Assembly (NCBI RefSeq): GCF_024622505.1
Contig: NZ_JANKAS010000009.1
Location: 52,162 to 84,161 of the forward strand
From: Irregularibacter muris
Lineage (GTDB): Bacteria; Bacillota; Clostridia; Eubacteriales; Garciellaceae
Length of the DNA stretch: 32,000 nt
Direction: 5' to 3'
Translations under genes and position numbers: made by a program
The notes under the pieces: generated by a model
Database searches by the model: none
The model's input: the letters and a program-made list of their open reading frames with translations, nothing else
Told to the model about the DNA's origin: nothing
In this document: piece by piece, positions 1 to 9,030 of the stretch
Layout of the letters: each line of letters opens with the position of its first letter
Position numbering within the stretch: position 1 is the first letter of the stretch

Positions 1-108
1 AATTCTTAGCCTTTGAACACTCATAACTCAGATTTCAACTAGCACCATAGTATATCTAGGATATTCCTTCCTCTACCCTACCCCTAATATAGGGGGAAAG
101 AATGGATT

Positions 109-1590
109 TTAATGATGGTGTGCACATCCATAATCATCCTCACCATGATAGACTTCATCTTTCATCATTAAATGAACAGAGGTAGTGGTAAAGGTTTTAG
201 GTAAAGCTAGGATATTAGGGTTCTCCCCAACAAATTTTTTCTTGGCGTCTTCTAATGCTTCCTCAATGGTAGACCTTGTTTTCAGTCCCATTCCTCTTGC
301 ATAGCCAGGTTCCTGGGCACCTACAATATAAATAGTTGATGTATGCTTTTCAGCAAGGTGACCACAGGAAATCATAGAAAATCCATGAAAAGGATGGAAG
401 GCATTTCCAAAACGATATTTTCGAATATACTCTTCATTGGTGGCAAAAAGTTCTCCATAGCGGTTCATATCAGGTAAAGTATTCATATACTCTTTTTGGA
501 ACATTTCATACATTTCTCTTGTATAGGGCCATAATTCATCATTAAAATATCCATCACATCTTGATGCACAAATAATAACACACCGATCACTCATAATTCG
601 TTTATGTCTAATCACTTGAGCAGAAAGAGCCTGCATAAGCATAATTGGATTATTCCCCATTCCATCTCCGTAGTGGAAAAATTGTGGCATACCAAAAATC
701 ATAATATCATATTTTTTTTCTGCATAAGGCACATAGGTTCTTTCGTTAGCTACGGTCCAAGATTTAGGCTGCATTTCTTTGGCATAACCGCTAAAAATTT
801 CGATTTGTCGGGACTTAGTATCAAGGACAGCATCACAACAAAAGAATTTTTTACCCATACATTCTTCCATATATTCACTAATTTCATCGAACTTACTTCG
901 CATTAAGGAATTATCATTTACCGGCATAAAGTCCTTTCTATGCATAACTTTAGGTACATGATGAGAGGCTATAGATTTCCAATGAGTAATCCCTGTAGCA
1001 CTATGTTTATATCCTCCAGAATAACCTCCATAGGGGTTTCCTTGGGTATGACCAATTAATATTGCTAAATCGCTATCATATACATACTTATTCATTATTA
1101 CAGGATCTCCACGTCGGGTTGTTCCTAGATCTACTAAGTTTTCATAATCTTCACTGTCATGATTAATGATTTGGTTGCTGTACCAAAATTCATTAAATAA
1201 TTCTTCTCCTAAGACTCCGCGAATTTGTTTTTCGGTGTTCTTGCTATGAAGTCCATTGGAGCAGATCAAAAGAATGTCCTCTTTTTCTACACCCACACTA
1301 TATAATTCTTGAAGAATTAATTTAATAGATACCTTTCTATGGGCTGTAGCGTGTTCTCCTCCCTTAACTCTGTCAGGGAAAATAATGGTTACCTTAGAAC
1401 CTTTTTTTACTAATTCAGTAATAGGCTCCATTCCAATTGGATTTCTAAGGGACTCTAAGGTTTTTTCTTCAATTTGATCCTCTGGAATGTGAGGTGGATC
1501 TGCTATAGTCTCCCCTGGAATAAATACATCTGTATTATCTGGAAGTTGAGCCTCTATCAATCCATGCCCATATTCAAAAGATAATTTCAT
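109..1590 (-). CDS. LarA-family (Lar_N/DUF2088) nickel-pincer-cofactor-dependent racemase/epimerase homologue, substrate unknown
   Basis: 493-aa ORF with an ATG start. Motifs align to L. plantarum LarA functional residues as I recall them: 'CSNGLHS' (His108 equivalent), 'IGHTQGNPYGGYSGGYKHS' (His174 and cofactor-tethering Lys184 equivalents) and 'SIASHH' (Ni-ligand His200 equivalent). It is longer than canonical LarA (about 420 aa) and ends in a Cys/His-rich tail, '...DDYGCAHHH'. Confidence 0.75.
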   Translation of the reverse strand: MKLSFEYGHGLIEAQLPDNTDVFIPGETIADPPHIPEDQIEEKTLESLRNPIGMEPITELVKKGSKVTIIFPDRVKGGEHATAHRKVSIKLILQELYSVGVEKEDILLICSNGLHSKNTEKQIRGVLGEELFNEFWYSNQIINHDSEDYENLVDLGTTRRGDPVIMNKYVYDSDLAILIGHTQGNPYGGYSGGYKHSATGITHWKSIASHHVPKVMHRKDFMPVNDNSLMRSKFDEISEYMEECMGKKFFCCDAVLDTKSRQIEIFSGYAKEMQPKSWTVANERTYVPYAEKKYDIMIFGMPQFFHYGDGMGNNPIMLMQALSAQVIRHKRIMSDRCVIICASRCDGYFNDELWPYTREMYEMFQKEYMNTLPDMNRYGELFATNEEYIRKYRFGNAFHPFHGFSMISCGHLAEKHTSTIYIVGAQEPGYARGMGLKTRSTIEEALEDAKKKFVGENPNILALPKTFTTTSVHLMMKDEVYHGEDDYGCAHHH

Positions 1591-2012
1591 AATATTTTAC
1601 ACTACCTTTCTTATTGTGATTTCTCCATATATTTATTAACAACCTCTAAGTATTTTCTTAGATAAATATTGATATGTCCTAGTAACTCTACCAATACCAT
1701 CTTTATCTAATCTTCTATCATATACCGTCAAATAAGCATGTTTCATATTTTATAACATATCCAAATCTTTACCCTTAGGAAAATTAAGATTATAGTGCTT
1801 GTCACATGGTAAATATATGTCTGATTTGATGGCGTTTTTGTTAAAATAACGTGGCTATTATTTAGTATATAAATTACTATAGTATCTGCCATGGAATGAA
1901 GCGCCTGATAAATTTTCCATATTATCTTATCAAGATTTATCCTATCTAAGTACTAGACGCAACCAATCTGAAGTTTGATTGCATCTATACATCACGCTTC
2001 AAAGTTTTATTT

Positions 2013-3551
2013 CTAAATATCTTTTCTTGAAACTCTATCAAGCCTATAACAAATTCTTTCTAAGTCCCTATAACTCTCAGTAAACACCTGATACATTTTG
2101 TCATATATTCCAGCATTATCCACATTCGGTATAAATATTTCTCCATCCTTTGCAAATTTCTTTGCACCCTGTTCTAAATTTTCAAACAAGCCAATTCCCA
2201 CACTTGATAAGATTGCAGCCCCCTGGCAGGTTGCTTCATCATTATTTTTTGTCTTTATAATTTTTCCTGTTACATCCGCCTTAATTTGCTGCCATAATGC
2301 TATCTTTGATCCCCCACCAACACAGCATATACTCTTTATTTCTGTTCCAGATAATTTTTCATGCATATTTACAATCATCTTAACTTGATAGGAAAGTCCC
2401 TCTAGTACAGCCCTCATCATATGCATTGAACCATGTGACGAAGTAAGACCTAAAAAGGCACCTTTCATTCTTGGATCCCAGTGGGGGGTACCACTTCCCC
2501 TAAGGTATGGCATAAATAGGAGTCCGTCACTACCACATGGAATATGCTTACAAGACGATAACAATTCATTAAATTTAATAGCTGGAACATCATATCCCCA
2601 TTCTTTGCAAAGTGCTAATCGTTCCACTGACCATTCCACACATATTCCCGATGACACAATCCCTCCCCATAGTATATACCGGCTCGGATCAGGATGTCTA
2701 CCTATACGCTGTCCAATGTTATTCATTAAAATAGGAGTATTTGGGGGCGAAACATATAGAAGTGGCTCCGCTGTACCTGATGAGTCTAGAATTGTATTTC
2801 CATCAAAAATATTCGCAGAAATTGTAGCAATAGCATGATCATGTCCCCCCATGATTACAGGGGTCCCCGCTAGAAGCCCTGTGGCACTTGCCGCTCCATC
2901 TGTCACTTGGCCCATTATACTTCCACTTGCTACAATATCTGGTAAAACTGACACATCCACATTTAATGCTTTGAGTATTTCTGTTGACCAAGAGTTTGTA
3001 TTTATGTCAAAAGCTAAGGTTCTACTTGCAAGGGTAAAATCAGTTTTTATCTTACCTGTTAATTTATAATTTATATAGTCAGCCATCTGAAGCCATTTTG
3101 TTGTACGAGCAAAAATTTCCGGATTATGTTTACGCATCCAAAGCATTTTGGGAAGAGAAAAAATAGCTCCTGCTTCCAGTCCAGTTATTGAAAATATCCT
3201 ATCCGCACCTAGTATCGTTTTTATATTTTCTGCTTCATCCATGGATCGAACATCAAACCATGGTATTATATCGCAGAGTTCTTTGCCATTAACATCTATA
3301 GGCACTATTGATTCACCCATACTTGTAACTGATATAGCCTTAATATTTGAAAGGGAATAACTTTCCCCAATCTGCCTTATTAAATTAACAATATTTCGCC
3401 AAATAATTTTTGGGTTATAGCATCGAAGACTATTTCTATCCATACTTATCACTGCTGGTGTTTTTACTGATGCAATAACAGTACCTTGATCATCAAAAAC
3501 CATTACCTTCCAGTTAGTAGTTCCTATATCTATAGACAAAAGCCCAATCAT
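2013..3551 (-). CDS. FGGY-family carbohydrate kinase (substrate not assignable)
   Basis: 512 aa. The N-terminal 'LSIDIGTTNWK' is an actin-fold ATPase phosphate-1 motif, and the C-terminal 'CVGGGSK..LWQQIKADVTG' is a typical FGGY C-domain. SD GAAGGTGAAGAG lies immediately upstream of the ATG. It lacks the XylB-type 'GQMHG..RPAILWND' signature found in the second kinase at 27085-28575. Confidence 0.85.
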   Translation of the reverse strand: MIGLLSIDIGTTNWKVMVFDDQGTVIASVKTPAVISMDRNSLRCYNPKIIWRNIVNLIRQIGESYSLSNIKAISVTSMGESIVPIDVNGKELCDIIPWFDVRSMDEAENIKTILGADRIFSITGLEAGAIFSLPKMLWMRKHNPEIFARTTKWLQMADYINYKLTGKIKTDFTLASRTLAFDINTNSWSTEILKALNVDVSVLPDIVASGSIMGQVTDGAASATGLLAGTPVIMGGHDHAIATISANIFDGNTILDSSGTAEPLLYVSPPNTPILMNNIGQRIGRHPDPSRYILWGGIVSSGICVEWSVERLALCKEWGYDVPAIKFNELLSSCKHIPCGSDGLLFMPYLRGSGTPHWDPRMKGAFLGLTSSHGSMHMMRAVLEGLSYQVKMIVNMHEKLSGTEIKSICCVGGGSKIALWQQIKADVTGKIIKTKNNDEATCQGAAILSSVGIGLFENLEQGAKKFAKDGEIFIPNVDNAGIYDKMYQVFTESYRDLERICYRLDRVSRKDI

Positions 3552-4000
3552 CTCTTCACCTTCTGTGTCTTTCTTATTTGTACAATAACTATTTATTTAT
3601 TATAATTTATTGCCCCCATATTGAAATCCCTAAGAAAAGTTCCTGCTATGTCAATATCATGTGATATATCCTTGTCAGGCCATTAAGACCCATCTTACAA
3701 ATTTCTAATATCCATGGGTTTATATGCTCTTGTAGATCCTTTGTTTTTATTGCTCTCAATATGGTATTTAATATCTTCTTACAAAATCCATAATATAATA
3801 CAATTCATACGGATATACTTATTGTTCATATCTAAGCTTTCGGAATCCCTTTCATATTGTTTTTATAACTGTATCAATATTGGTATTTGGTTCACAATAA
3901 TCAAAAACCGTATTTTTTTTACGTCTTTTGTTGTTGTGCTTTTCATGTGTACATCCCCCTAGATAAATGTCATTACACATAATTCTACCTAACCAAAAAC

Positions 4001-4948
4001 TTATTTATTGGGATTCTTGGATGCTATTGCATCCCTGCATTTTTCATAAATATCTTTAGAAGTTAATCCAAAATATTCTTCTAAGTCTTTTCTTTTACCG
4101 GATCTTCCAAATGTATCTTTTACACCCAGCCTCCTTAAAACAGCATGGGGGTTTTCTGCCAACACTTCCGCCACAGCTGAGCCTAGACCACCAATGATAT
4201 TATGGTCTTCAGCAGTTACAACTGCACCTGTTTTAAAGGCATATTCTAGAATAAGTTCTTTATCAATAGGCTTAATGGTATGCATATCAATGACCGCAGC
4301 GGAAAGTCCATCCGCGGCCAACATTCCCGCAGCTTTAATTGCATTACTAACCATATCCCCTATAGCAAAAATTACAACATCATCCCCATCTTCTATTACA
4401 TTGCCTTTTCCTACAACAAAGGGAACGTGCCCTTCTGTATATACATTTTCAGCAGGAAAACGACCGAATCTAAGGTATACTGGTCCAGAAACCTTTACTG
4501 CTGCCTCAACCGCTGAAAATGTTGATGCTTCATCACAAGGGGCTATAACTGTCATATTAGGAAGAGTTCGCATTAATGATATATCCTCAATACACTGATG
4601 GGAGCCTCCATCTTCCCCTATTAATACTCCCCCATGGGTTGCAGCAATCTTAACATTTAATCCTGTATATGCAATAGAGTTTCTTATTTGCTCAAATGCT
4701 CTACCAGCTGCAAATATTGCAAAAGTGCTTGCAAATACCATTTGACCACATGAGGCAATTCCTGCAGCAGTAGTCATAAGGTCACTTTCGGATATACCCA
4801 TATTTACAAATCTATCGGGGAACTTTTCGCCAAACAAATGCGTCATCGTTGCTTTTGAGAGATCGGCATCCATAACCCAGAAATCATATTTATCACCAAG
4901 GCTCTCTATAGCAATCCCATATGCTTCTCTTGTTGATAGAGACATCAT
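4001..4948 (-). CDS. Transketolase, C-terminal (pyrimidine-binding/C-domain) subunit of a split transketolase
   Basis: 315 aa, with 'GISESDLMTTAAGIA', 'FAIFAAGRAFEQIRNS' and 'HGGVLIGEDGGSHQ' typical of the Tkt Pyr domain. Its start overlaps the upstream subunit's stop (TAATG), indicating translational coupling. Confidence 0.9.
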   Translation of the reverse strand: MMSLSTREAYGIAIESLGDKYDFWVMDADLSKATMTHLFGEKFPDRFVNMGISESDLMTTAAGIASCGQMVFASTFAIFAAGRAFEQIRNSIAYTGLNVKIAATHGGVLIGEDGGSHQCIEDISLMRTLPNMTVIAPCDEASTFSAVEAAVKVSGPVYLRFGRFPAENVYTEGHVPFVVGKGNVIEDGDDVVIFAIGDMVSNAIKAAGMLAADGLSAAVIDMHTIKPIDKELILEYAFKTGAVVTAEDHNIIGGLGSAVAEVLAENPHAVLRRLGVKDTFGRSGKRKDLEEYFGLTSKDIYEKCRDAIASKNPNK

Positions 4949-5793
4949 TATTCTACCTCCAATGCTTTTATTATAGCGTCAATTTCAGATAATGCCACTT
5001 TAGCCTGTTCTTTATTTGGAGCTGCACCATGCCATCCAACTTGGTTTTCCATATATGAAACACCTTTGCCCTTTATGGTCTCACAAATAATGACTGTGGG
5101 TTTTCCTTTAACTTTTTTAGCTAAATTAATTCCATCAATAATTTGGGTAATATCATTACCATCTATTGTTATAGTGTTCCAACCAAATGCTTCAAACTTG
5201 GCTTCATAAGGGGTATTGTTCATTATTTCTGATACTACCCCATCAATTTGCAAACTATTTTTATCTACAAACACCGTTAAATTATCAAGTTTATAATGGG
5301 CAGATGTCATAATTGCCTCCCAGATTTGCCCCTCCTGCATTTCTCCATCGCCCAATATACAAAACACATGGGAATCTTTCTTCTTACGCTTTAAAACAAG
5401 AGCCATACCATTTGCTGCCGAAAGTCCCTGTCCCAATGATCCAGTTGACATATCCACACCCCTTATTTTTACCATATCAGGATGCCCCTGTAGCATACTA
5501 TCAATTTGACGTAATTTTTCAAGTTCAGCTACATTAAAATATCCTCGTTCAGCTAGTGCTGCATAGTATGCAGGTGCAGCATGTCCTTTAGAGAGTACCA
5601 ATCTATCCCTGGATTCATCCTTTGGATTGTGTATATCAGTCTTCATCTCGTGAAAATACAAAACTGCAAGTATGTCTGCAATTGAAAGAGATCCTCCCGG
5701 GTGACCACTCCCTGCAGAAGATACCCCCATGATAGCTCCTCTTCTTATGCGGGCCGCTTTAATTTTAAGTTCCTTTAAAATACTTTCGTTCAT
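4948..5793 (-). CDS. Transketolase, N-terminal (TPP-binding) subunit of a split transketolase
   Basis: 'GSGHPGGSLSIADILAVLY', 'LSKGHAAPAYYA' and 'GDGEMQEGQIWEA' form the TPP-binding signature. The ORF track begins at a GTG (5802). The ATG at 5793 ('MNESILKELK') lies 6-7 nt after SD AAGGGGTG and is preferred. Confidence 0.9.
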   Translation of the reverse strand: MNESILKELKIKAARIRRGAIMGVSSAGSGHPGGSLSIADILAVLYFHEMKTDIHNPKDESRDRLVLSKGHAAPAYYAALAERGYFNVAELEKLRQIDSMLQGHPDMVKIRGVDMSTGSLGQGLSAANGMALVLKRKKKDSHVFCILGDGEMQEGQIWEAIMTSAHYKLDNLTVFVDKNSLQIDGVVSEIMNNTPYEAKFEAFGWNTITIDGNDITQIIDGINLAKKVKGKPTVIICETIKGKGVSYMENQVGWHGAAPNKEQAKVALSEIDAIIKALEVE

Positions 5794-6175
5794 ATACTTC
5801 ACCCCTTATTGATTAATTATCTACCTCCATCTTGGCAGGTCAATCCAAAATTTGATCTAGATCTAATTTCCTCCTTACAAATCTTATCTAATTAGGCAAA
5901 CCTCTTAATATAAATAGTCTATAATTAGCATACTTTCTTTTTTTGTAGGTTTTATCATGCATGTCTCTTTATGTTAATCTTATAACATTCTCCATGTCCA
6001 GTAGATTTTAAGGAAATTCTGGGATCTTTTCTTCAGTTTTGCCTTCAGGGATATGAGTTAAAACTGGAGTGACCTTCCCTGAAATATGCCCATCTATACT
6101 ATCTAATGGATGTACCATATATTAATCTTTGCCCATATTTTAAAATTCGTTTTATGTGACTGTATCCTTTCTTTT

Positions 6176-7015
6176 TTATAATTTTCCCATATATTTTTTG
6201 ACAATTTCTAAATATTCCTCTGGGTAAAAACCAATATCCCCCTGGAACCTTGTCAGTGCAATTAAACCTCCATCTACTTCGTCGATAGATGCTAACATTT
6301 TGGCATTCTCTTCTTTCAACCCTCCACCATATACAACATTACAACCATCTGTTAATTCTTTTATATATCGGGCAATTTGGGTTATATATTCTTTATCTGG
6401 AGGTGTTTTTCCAGGTCCTATGGCCCAAACTGGTTCATATGCAATGGCCACTTTGTTTTTGTCCACGTCTTTTAAACCAATTTCCAGTTGCTTTCCAAGC
6501 ACTTCTTTCCAGTTAGATTGTTCTTCTGCCTTTTCTCCTATGCAAAACAACACAGAAAGTCCTGCATTTATTGCAGCTTTCACCTCTAAATTCAAAATTC
6601 TACTTACCGCCTCTGGATCCACAAGCCCTGCCTCTCTCATTACACCTGCCTTGTCATTTCTTTCTTCGCAATGCCCAATGATAACGCTCTCACAACCAAT
6701 TGCCTTCATGGAATTGGCAGTTTTATTTGTTGTAAATGCTCCAAAGTTTCCCTCCAAAGATGTATCCTCCCTATAAACGCCTTGAGAACCTATCTTTAGG
6801 TTAGAATTTTTATCTAGAGCTGTAATTGCATTAATTAAATGGGCTTCTGGCATATAAAAGGTAAACTCTACTTCCTCTTTATCATATTGTTGTAGTGCAT
6901 TTTGAATATATGTAATAATATATTCCCCCCATTCTAATGGGCTTGCTATGTTATTGACACCTCCATATTCTTTGGGGATATCAAATCGTTTGAAGTTTAC
7001 ATAAATATGTTTCAT
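6176..7015 (-). CDS. Triosephosphate-isomerase-family paralogue (TIM-like sugar-phosphate isomerase)
   Basis: 279 aa, longer than canonical TIM (about 250 aa). The catalytic signature is retained: 'YVNFKRF' (Asn/Lys), 'IIGHCEER' (His) and 'AYEPVWAIGPGKTPP' (Glu), plus 'VVYGGGL'. A perfect SD, GAAGGAGG, precedes the ATG. Confidence 0.8.
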   Translation of the reverse strand: MKHIYVNFKRFDIPKEYGGVNNIASPLEWGEYIITYIQNALQQYDKEEVEFTFYMPEAHLINAITALDKNSNLKIGSQGVYREDTSLEGNFGAFTTNKTANSMKAIGCESVIIGHCEERNDKAGVMREAGLVDPEAVSRILNLEVKAAINAGLSVLFCIGEKAEEQSNWKEVLGKQLEIGLKDVDKNKVAIAYEPVWAIGPGKTPPDKEYITQIARYIKELTDGCNVVYGGGLKEENAKMLASIDEVDGGLIALTRFQGDIGFYPEEYLEIVKKYMGKL

Positions 7016-7404
7016 AAGAACCTCCTTCTAATATGAAATTTAGTATAATAGTTTTATATTATTCTATAAGTTTTTTTGTGACATAATTTACTTGTTCATG
7101 ATTAATTCCCGAAACAAAATTTCCACCCAATATCACTTAATTAATGAAAACTAAAAAAGCATCTATATAAATTGTAGTAAATCCATCATAAGATAAAATT
7201 AGTCAACATGGATCTAGACCATTTTATGTTGTATATATTATAGGAATCCAACTCAATAAGTTAAAACAATCAGTAAATTAATCCCCCATATCTGCTCAAA
7301 CTAATTTTACTATCATTAACAAAGATAAATTAATTTGGTAAGAAAAACAGCGAATTTGTAATTTTACATGGATATACAATAGAATAATTAAAGATACCGG
7401 GAGA

Positions 7405-7450
7405 AAAATTAATAGTATTTTTTCTGATGTTAGTATAATATTGTAGGCAC
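7405..7450 (+). repeat. Copy 1 of a bipartite AT-rich repeat (blocks 'aaaaattaatagtatt' and 'gttagtataatattgtaggcac')
   Basis: It matches 14529-14594 colinearly: 14/16 nt in block 1 and 19/22 nt in block 2 by hand alignment. It contains a TATAAT hexamer and sits just upstream of the IS3-like remnant. Confidence 0.5.
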
Positions 7451-8215
7451 AAAAATCCGAATACTATAATATATATAGATAGGAAAGGGTGCGTCAAAAT
7501 ATGATTAAAGGGGTCATATGGCGTTTCAAAGTTAAGAACAATAGGCCAGCAAAACTTACAGCAATAGATAGAAATACAATAGTAGCGTTAGCTGACTATC
7601 AAGTCATTCCGAAAAACAGCTAAGCCTGAAAAGGAAAAAAGTATTAGAAGTTTTAGAAACTTCTTATGTAAATTTAAAAATAATAAAAAACACTAGAAGT
7701 ATTAAAAAATAAAGTTTCAAGGGAAAGTTTCAAAAGCTTACAACGAACCCAAGAAATATTATGGAATATCCAAATACATAAAATCCTTCTAACTGAAGGT
7801 TTTAAAATTAACTTTAAAAGAGTAAAAAGGATTATAAAAAGACCAGGTATTAAATTTATAGTAATTAGAAAGTTTAAACCTTATTCTGCCATAGGGATTT
7901 TTTAATAGATATAGTGGCTCAGAAGTAGATTATCGAAATTACTTATATTCACCTATCTCTGCTATATCTGGTGTTATTTAGCCTCTACTGCAAATTTACA
8001 TACTGGGTTTTCTTTTTTCTGAAGAGCTTTTACTGCACACATAAATGGTGATAATATATATAAACCTAATACGCCTTGTCCTTGGTTAGACAAATACCGG
8101 ATTTCAAATAACACTTAATATAATGCCTTGTCTTTGCCTCGGGATAGCAACAGGTTCATTTGCACTGCTCAGACAATAAAATATCGATACAGATCATGCT
8201 ATAATTTCAAAGTAT
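7425..8215 (+). pseudogene. Decayed IS3-family (IS150-like) insertion sequence remnant, with the transposase riddled with stops and frameshifts
   Basis: Translating 7741-7896 gives 'QRTQEILWNIQIHKILLTEGFKINFKRVKRIIKRPGIKFIVIRKFKPYSA'. This matches the conserved IS3 OrfB N-terminus pattern (YG.PRIH..L...G..VN.KRV.RLM...GL....RKFK). Downstream, 'IIEITYIHLS..LLYLVLFSLY' resembles the 'W.TDITYI....YL..V.DL.S' integrase-core start. No open frame survives. The boundaries are approximate. Confidence 0.55.
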
Positions 8216-8574
8216 CAAAGTATTAAAATTTTTATTTTAAAATAGAAAAAACTAGTATCCAAACGAATCTATTTTACAGACCTAATTAAGTAATTAGGGG
8301 TTAAACTAATTACTATAGACGTGCAGTGGCATGTTCAGCCTCCCCTTATATTAACAATACGCTATATCGCTTTTCGTATCACTAGGCTGAGTATCTACAT
8401 CTACACACAAAATGGTGACCACCAGATATGTATTAGTATGAAAGTATTGAAAAGTTAGAATGAACAAATATAAAAAATAACATACTATATTATTAAAATA
8501 GAGCAATTTATTTAATAAACCCTAATCCTAATTATATTAAACCTGCCTATTCTAACTTTCAAAGCAAGATTTAT

Positions 8575-9030
8575 TTATTCCCCTCCCAAATAGGTAACAA
8601 TATCGCAAGCTGATTGGGCCGTTTTGATTTTGAGCAATAGGTCATCATCCGCCAATTTCCCAGCAACCCTAGATAGTAAAACTAGATGATCCCTATTGGA
8701 ATTCATGTCGTCACTTACACAAAATAAGAATATAATATTTACTTTATCTCCATCTAGTGTTTCCCACTCTATACCTTCTTTTAATGTAGCGATGGCAATA
8801 CCTATTTTGGTAACACTTTTGCTTTTGCCATGTGGAATTGCCACGTTATTTCCTATTCCAGTGGCACCTTCTTCTTCCCTTAAGTATATATCTTTGATGA
8901 ATTGGTCAGTGTCATTGATATATCCATTTTGATATAACATATCGCCCATCTCTTTTAGTGCATCATCCTTTGATTTTACATCCAAACCAATCCTAATGAT
9001 TTTCTCATCCAATATCTTTCTTAACTCCAT
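8575..9030 (-). CDS. PTS EIIA component, fructose/mannitol (PTS_EIIA_2) type
   Basis: 151 aa with the phosphorylation-site motif 'TGIGNNVAIPHGKS'. SD GGGGGAAAGG lies upstream of the ATG. It is physically separated from its EIIB/EIIC partners by the aldolase gene and a 480-nt spacer. Confidence 0.85.
   Translation of the reverse strand: MELRKILDEKIIRIGLDVKSKDDALKEMGDMLYQNGYINDTDQFIKDIYLREEEGATGIGNNVAIPHGKSKSVTKIGIAIATLKEGIEWETLDGDKVNIIFLFCVSDDMNSNRDHLVLLSRVAGKLADDDLLLKIKTAQSACDIVTYLGGE

Noticed and set aside
1-24. A possible start of another minus-strand gene (ATG AGT GTT CAA AGG CTA AGA ATT...) running off the left edge.
   Set aside because: Only 8 codons are visible and the SD is weak, so it cannot be supported.
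81-95. Hairpin CCCCTA-ATA-TAGGGG just downstream of the LarA-like stop codon, considered as a possible terminator.
   Set aside because: It has only a 6-bp stem and a 3-nt loop, and no U-tract follows on the minus strand. That is too weak to call.
3714-3962. An 82-aa plus-strand ORF in the Tkt-FGGY spacer.
   Set aside because: It is an Ile/Phe/Leu-rich translation of AT-rich DNA with no SD and no motif, on the opposite strand to every neighbouring gene. It is most likely spurious.
5990-6120. A short minus-strand frame, 'MVHPLDSIDGHISGKVTPVLTHIPEGKTEEKIPEFP', in the TIM-Tkt spacer, considered as a pseudogene fragment or small protein.
   Set aside because: It has no SD, I could not match it to any family from memory, and it stops after 36 codons. 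I mention it only as a BLASTX target under the spacer finding.
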